From positions 92,361,914-92,425,913 of the forward strand of contig NC_090376.1 of the NCBI RefSeq assembly GCF_036365525.1: a stretch of DNA of 64,000 nucleotides. The letters run 5' to 3'. The notes beneath the pieces were generated by a model, which made no database searches, was not told the origin of the DNA, and was given only the letters and a program-made list of their open reading frames with translations. The translations under genes were made by a program, and so were the position numbers. Shown here in pieces: positions 62,901-64,000 of the stretch (positions within the stretch are counted from its first letter, which is position 1; each line of letters begins with the position of its first letter). The DNA comes from Heterodontus francisci. Its lineage: Eukaryota.

Positions 62901-63018
62901 ACCTCACATGCAGCAGTTCAGGAAGGCAGCTCACCACCACCATCTCAAGGGCATTTAGGGATCGGCAATAAATGCTGGCCCGGCCCGCGACGTGCACATC
63001 CCATGAATGAAAAAAAAA
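59816..63018 (+). mobile_element. CR1/L2-group LINE with one APE-RT coding region and a tRNA-derived 5' head, decayed
   Basis: Head at 59816-59905. APE motifs LLTNIWG, PDLVILTESYL, YRPPS, GDFN and SDH. RT motifs GPDNIP, LDIKAAFD, GVPQGSVLGP and MFTDD. Tail ...GGCAATAAATGCTGGCC...CACATCCCATGAATGA(A)n. Confidence 0.85.
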
Positions 63019-63594
63019 GGACCCAGAAGTATTCCGGGCATTGTTTTCCATCTCACGGAATGAAAATTCAGCCCCTTGTCTTCTCGTGATGTTGCCAAGA
63101 GGCAGCATGTAAATGAGGAAGAAGAAAGAGCCAAGGGTGGATCCTTAGAGGACTCCACATGTAATAGTTTGAGGATGAGAAAGAAAATTGGACATGGAGT
63201 AGAGGCATTGGAGGTGTATGTTGTGATTGTCTGTATTGAAGATTGTAGGAAAGTTAAGGAAGAATGATGCATCATAATCACAGTCACAGAGGCTGGGACA
63301 CTGATTTAATGTATCGTTTCCCAGGACCACAAAACTGTAAACCCCTTCACCTCTAATTCTTTCCTTCCTCCTACAATCTTCAGGTATTTAAAATTCAAGC
63401 TTGACATCATCTGATTAGTACATCCTGATTCATCTTGTCTTTTCCTTCAGTATTTTAATTTTGGTCATGTTCTACACTATGACGTTTGGCCTTTCACATT
63501 GGTTTCAAGATTTTAAAAATGTTACCACTTTTTAAAAAAAAAATCAGTTTGAATGAATATTAGCAGTACCACATAGCTGCTAAGAGAAACACCA

Positions 63595-64000
63595 GCTTGT
63601 ATTTATATAGCACCATTAGCGTAGTAAAACATCCCAAGGTGCTTTACAGGAGCATTATCAAATAAAATTTTGACACCAAGCTTAGTCAAAGAGGAAGGTT
63701 TTGAACTGACTTACAGTTGCAGAAAGAGGTAGAGAAGCAGAGGTTAATTGAGGAAATTTCACAGCTTAGAGCCAATGAACTGAACGTATGGCTTCCAATG
63801 GTGGAGCAGTGAAAGTCAGGGATGCACAAGATCTCAGATGATTCTGGAGCTGGAGGAGGTTGCATTGATAGGGAGGGGCAAGGCCATGGAGGGATTCTAA
63901 AACATGGATGAGAATTTTCAAATCAAGACATTGTTGGACCGAGAGCTAGCGTCGGTCAGTGAGCACTGGGGCGATGGGTGAACTTGGCTTCATGCAAGTT
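63595..64000 (-). mobile_element. L2-clade LINE 3' end
   Basis: Plus-strand cttgtatttatatagcacc...gctttacaggag is the reverse complement of the tail at ~32650-32730. Confidence 0.7.

Larger units (their letters stand above)
56967..63074. mobile_element. Harbinger-derived element hosting two nested LINEs
   Basis: TIRs GGGCTTAAATTTCA / TGAAAATTCAGCCC and TSD CTT. Minus-strand Myb/SANT remnant at ~59440-59600 (APHFSDVCLEPLIEAVADIRVALFPSSGRR...AWLEVA). Confidence 0.72.

Overview
Eukaryotic genomic DNA, almost certainly from a cartilaginous fish, judging by the V-SINE, Deu-SINE, CR1, Penelope and Harbinger complement. The window lies inside one + strand host gene, ARHGAP42/GRAF3 (BAR-PH-RhoGAP family). 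Eight phase-compatible GT-AG coding exons (16129-51409) encode the end of the BAR domain, the PH domain and the start of the RhoGAP domain, including the arginine finger. The rest is intronic and dense with nested transposons: many CR1 copies, two RTE copies (one full length with a 10-bp TSD), L2 fragments, several Harbinger elements and derived MITEs, a solo LTR, Penelope-like elements with hammerhead motifs, and SINEs. There is no CRISPR array or prokaryotic system. The best candidates for undescribed biology are: (i) a single-ORF LINE with a tRNA-derived A/B-box head that is nearly free of TTTT terminators (possible Pol III-driven LINE); (ii) a CR1 whose 5' end is an array of ~18 x 36-bp monomers; (iii) two diverged RTE copies that share an RT catalytic FADD>FADY change; (iv) inverted pairs of hammerhead motifs from two Penelope families. 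Repeat boundaries were read by eye and are approximate unless a TSD is quoted.
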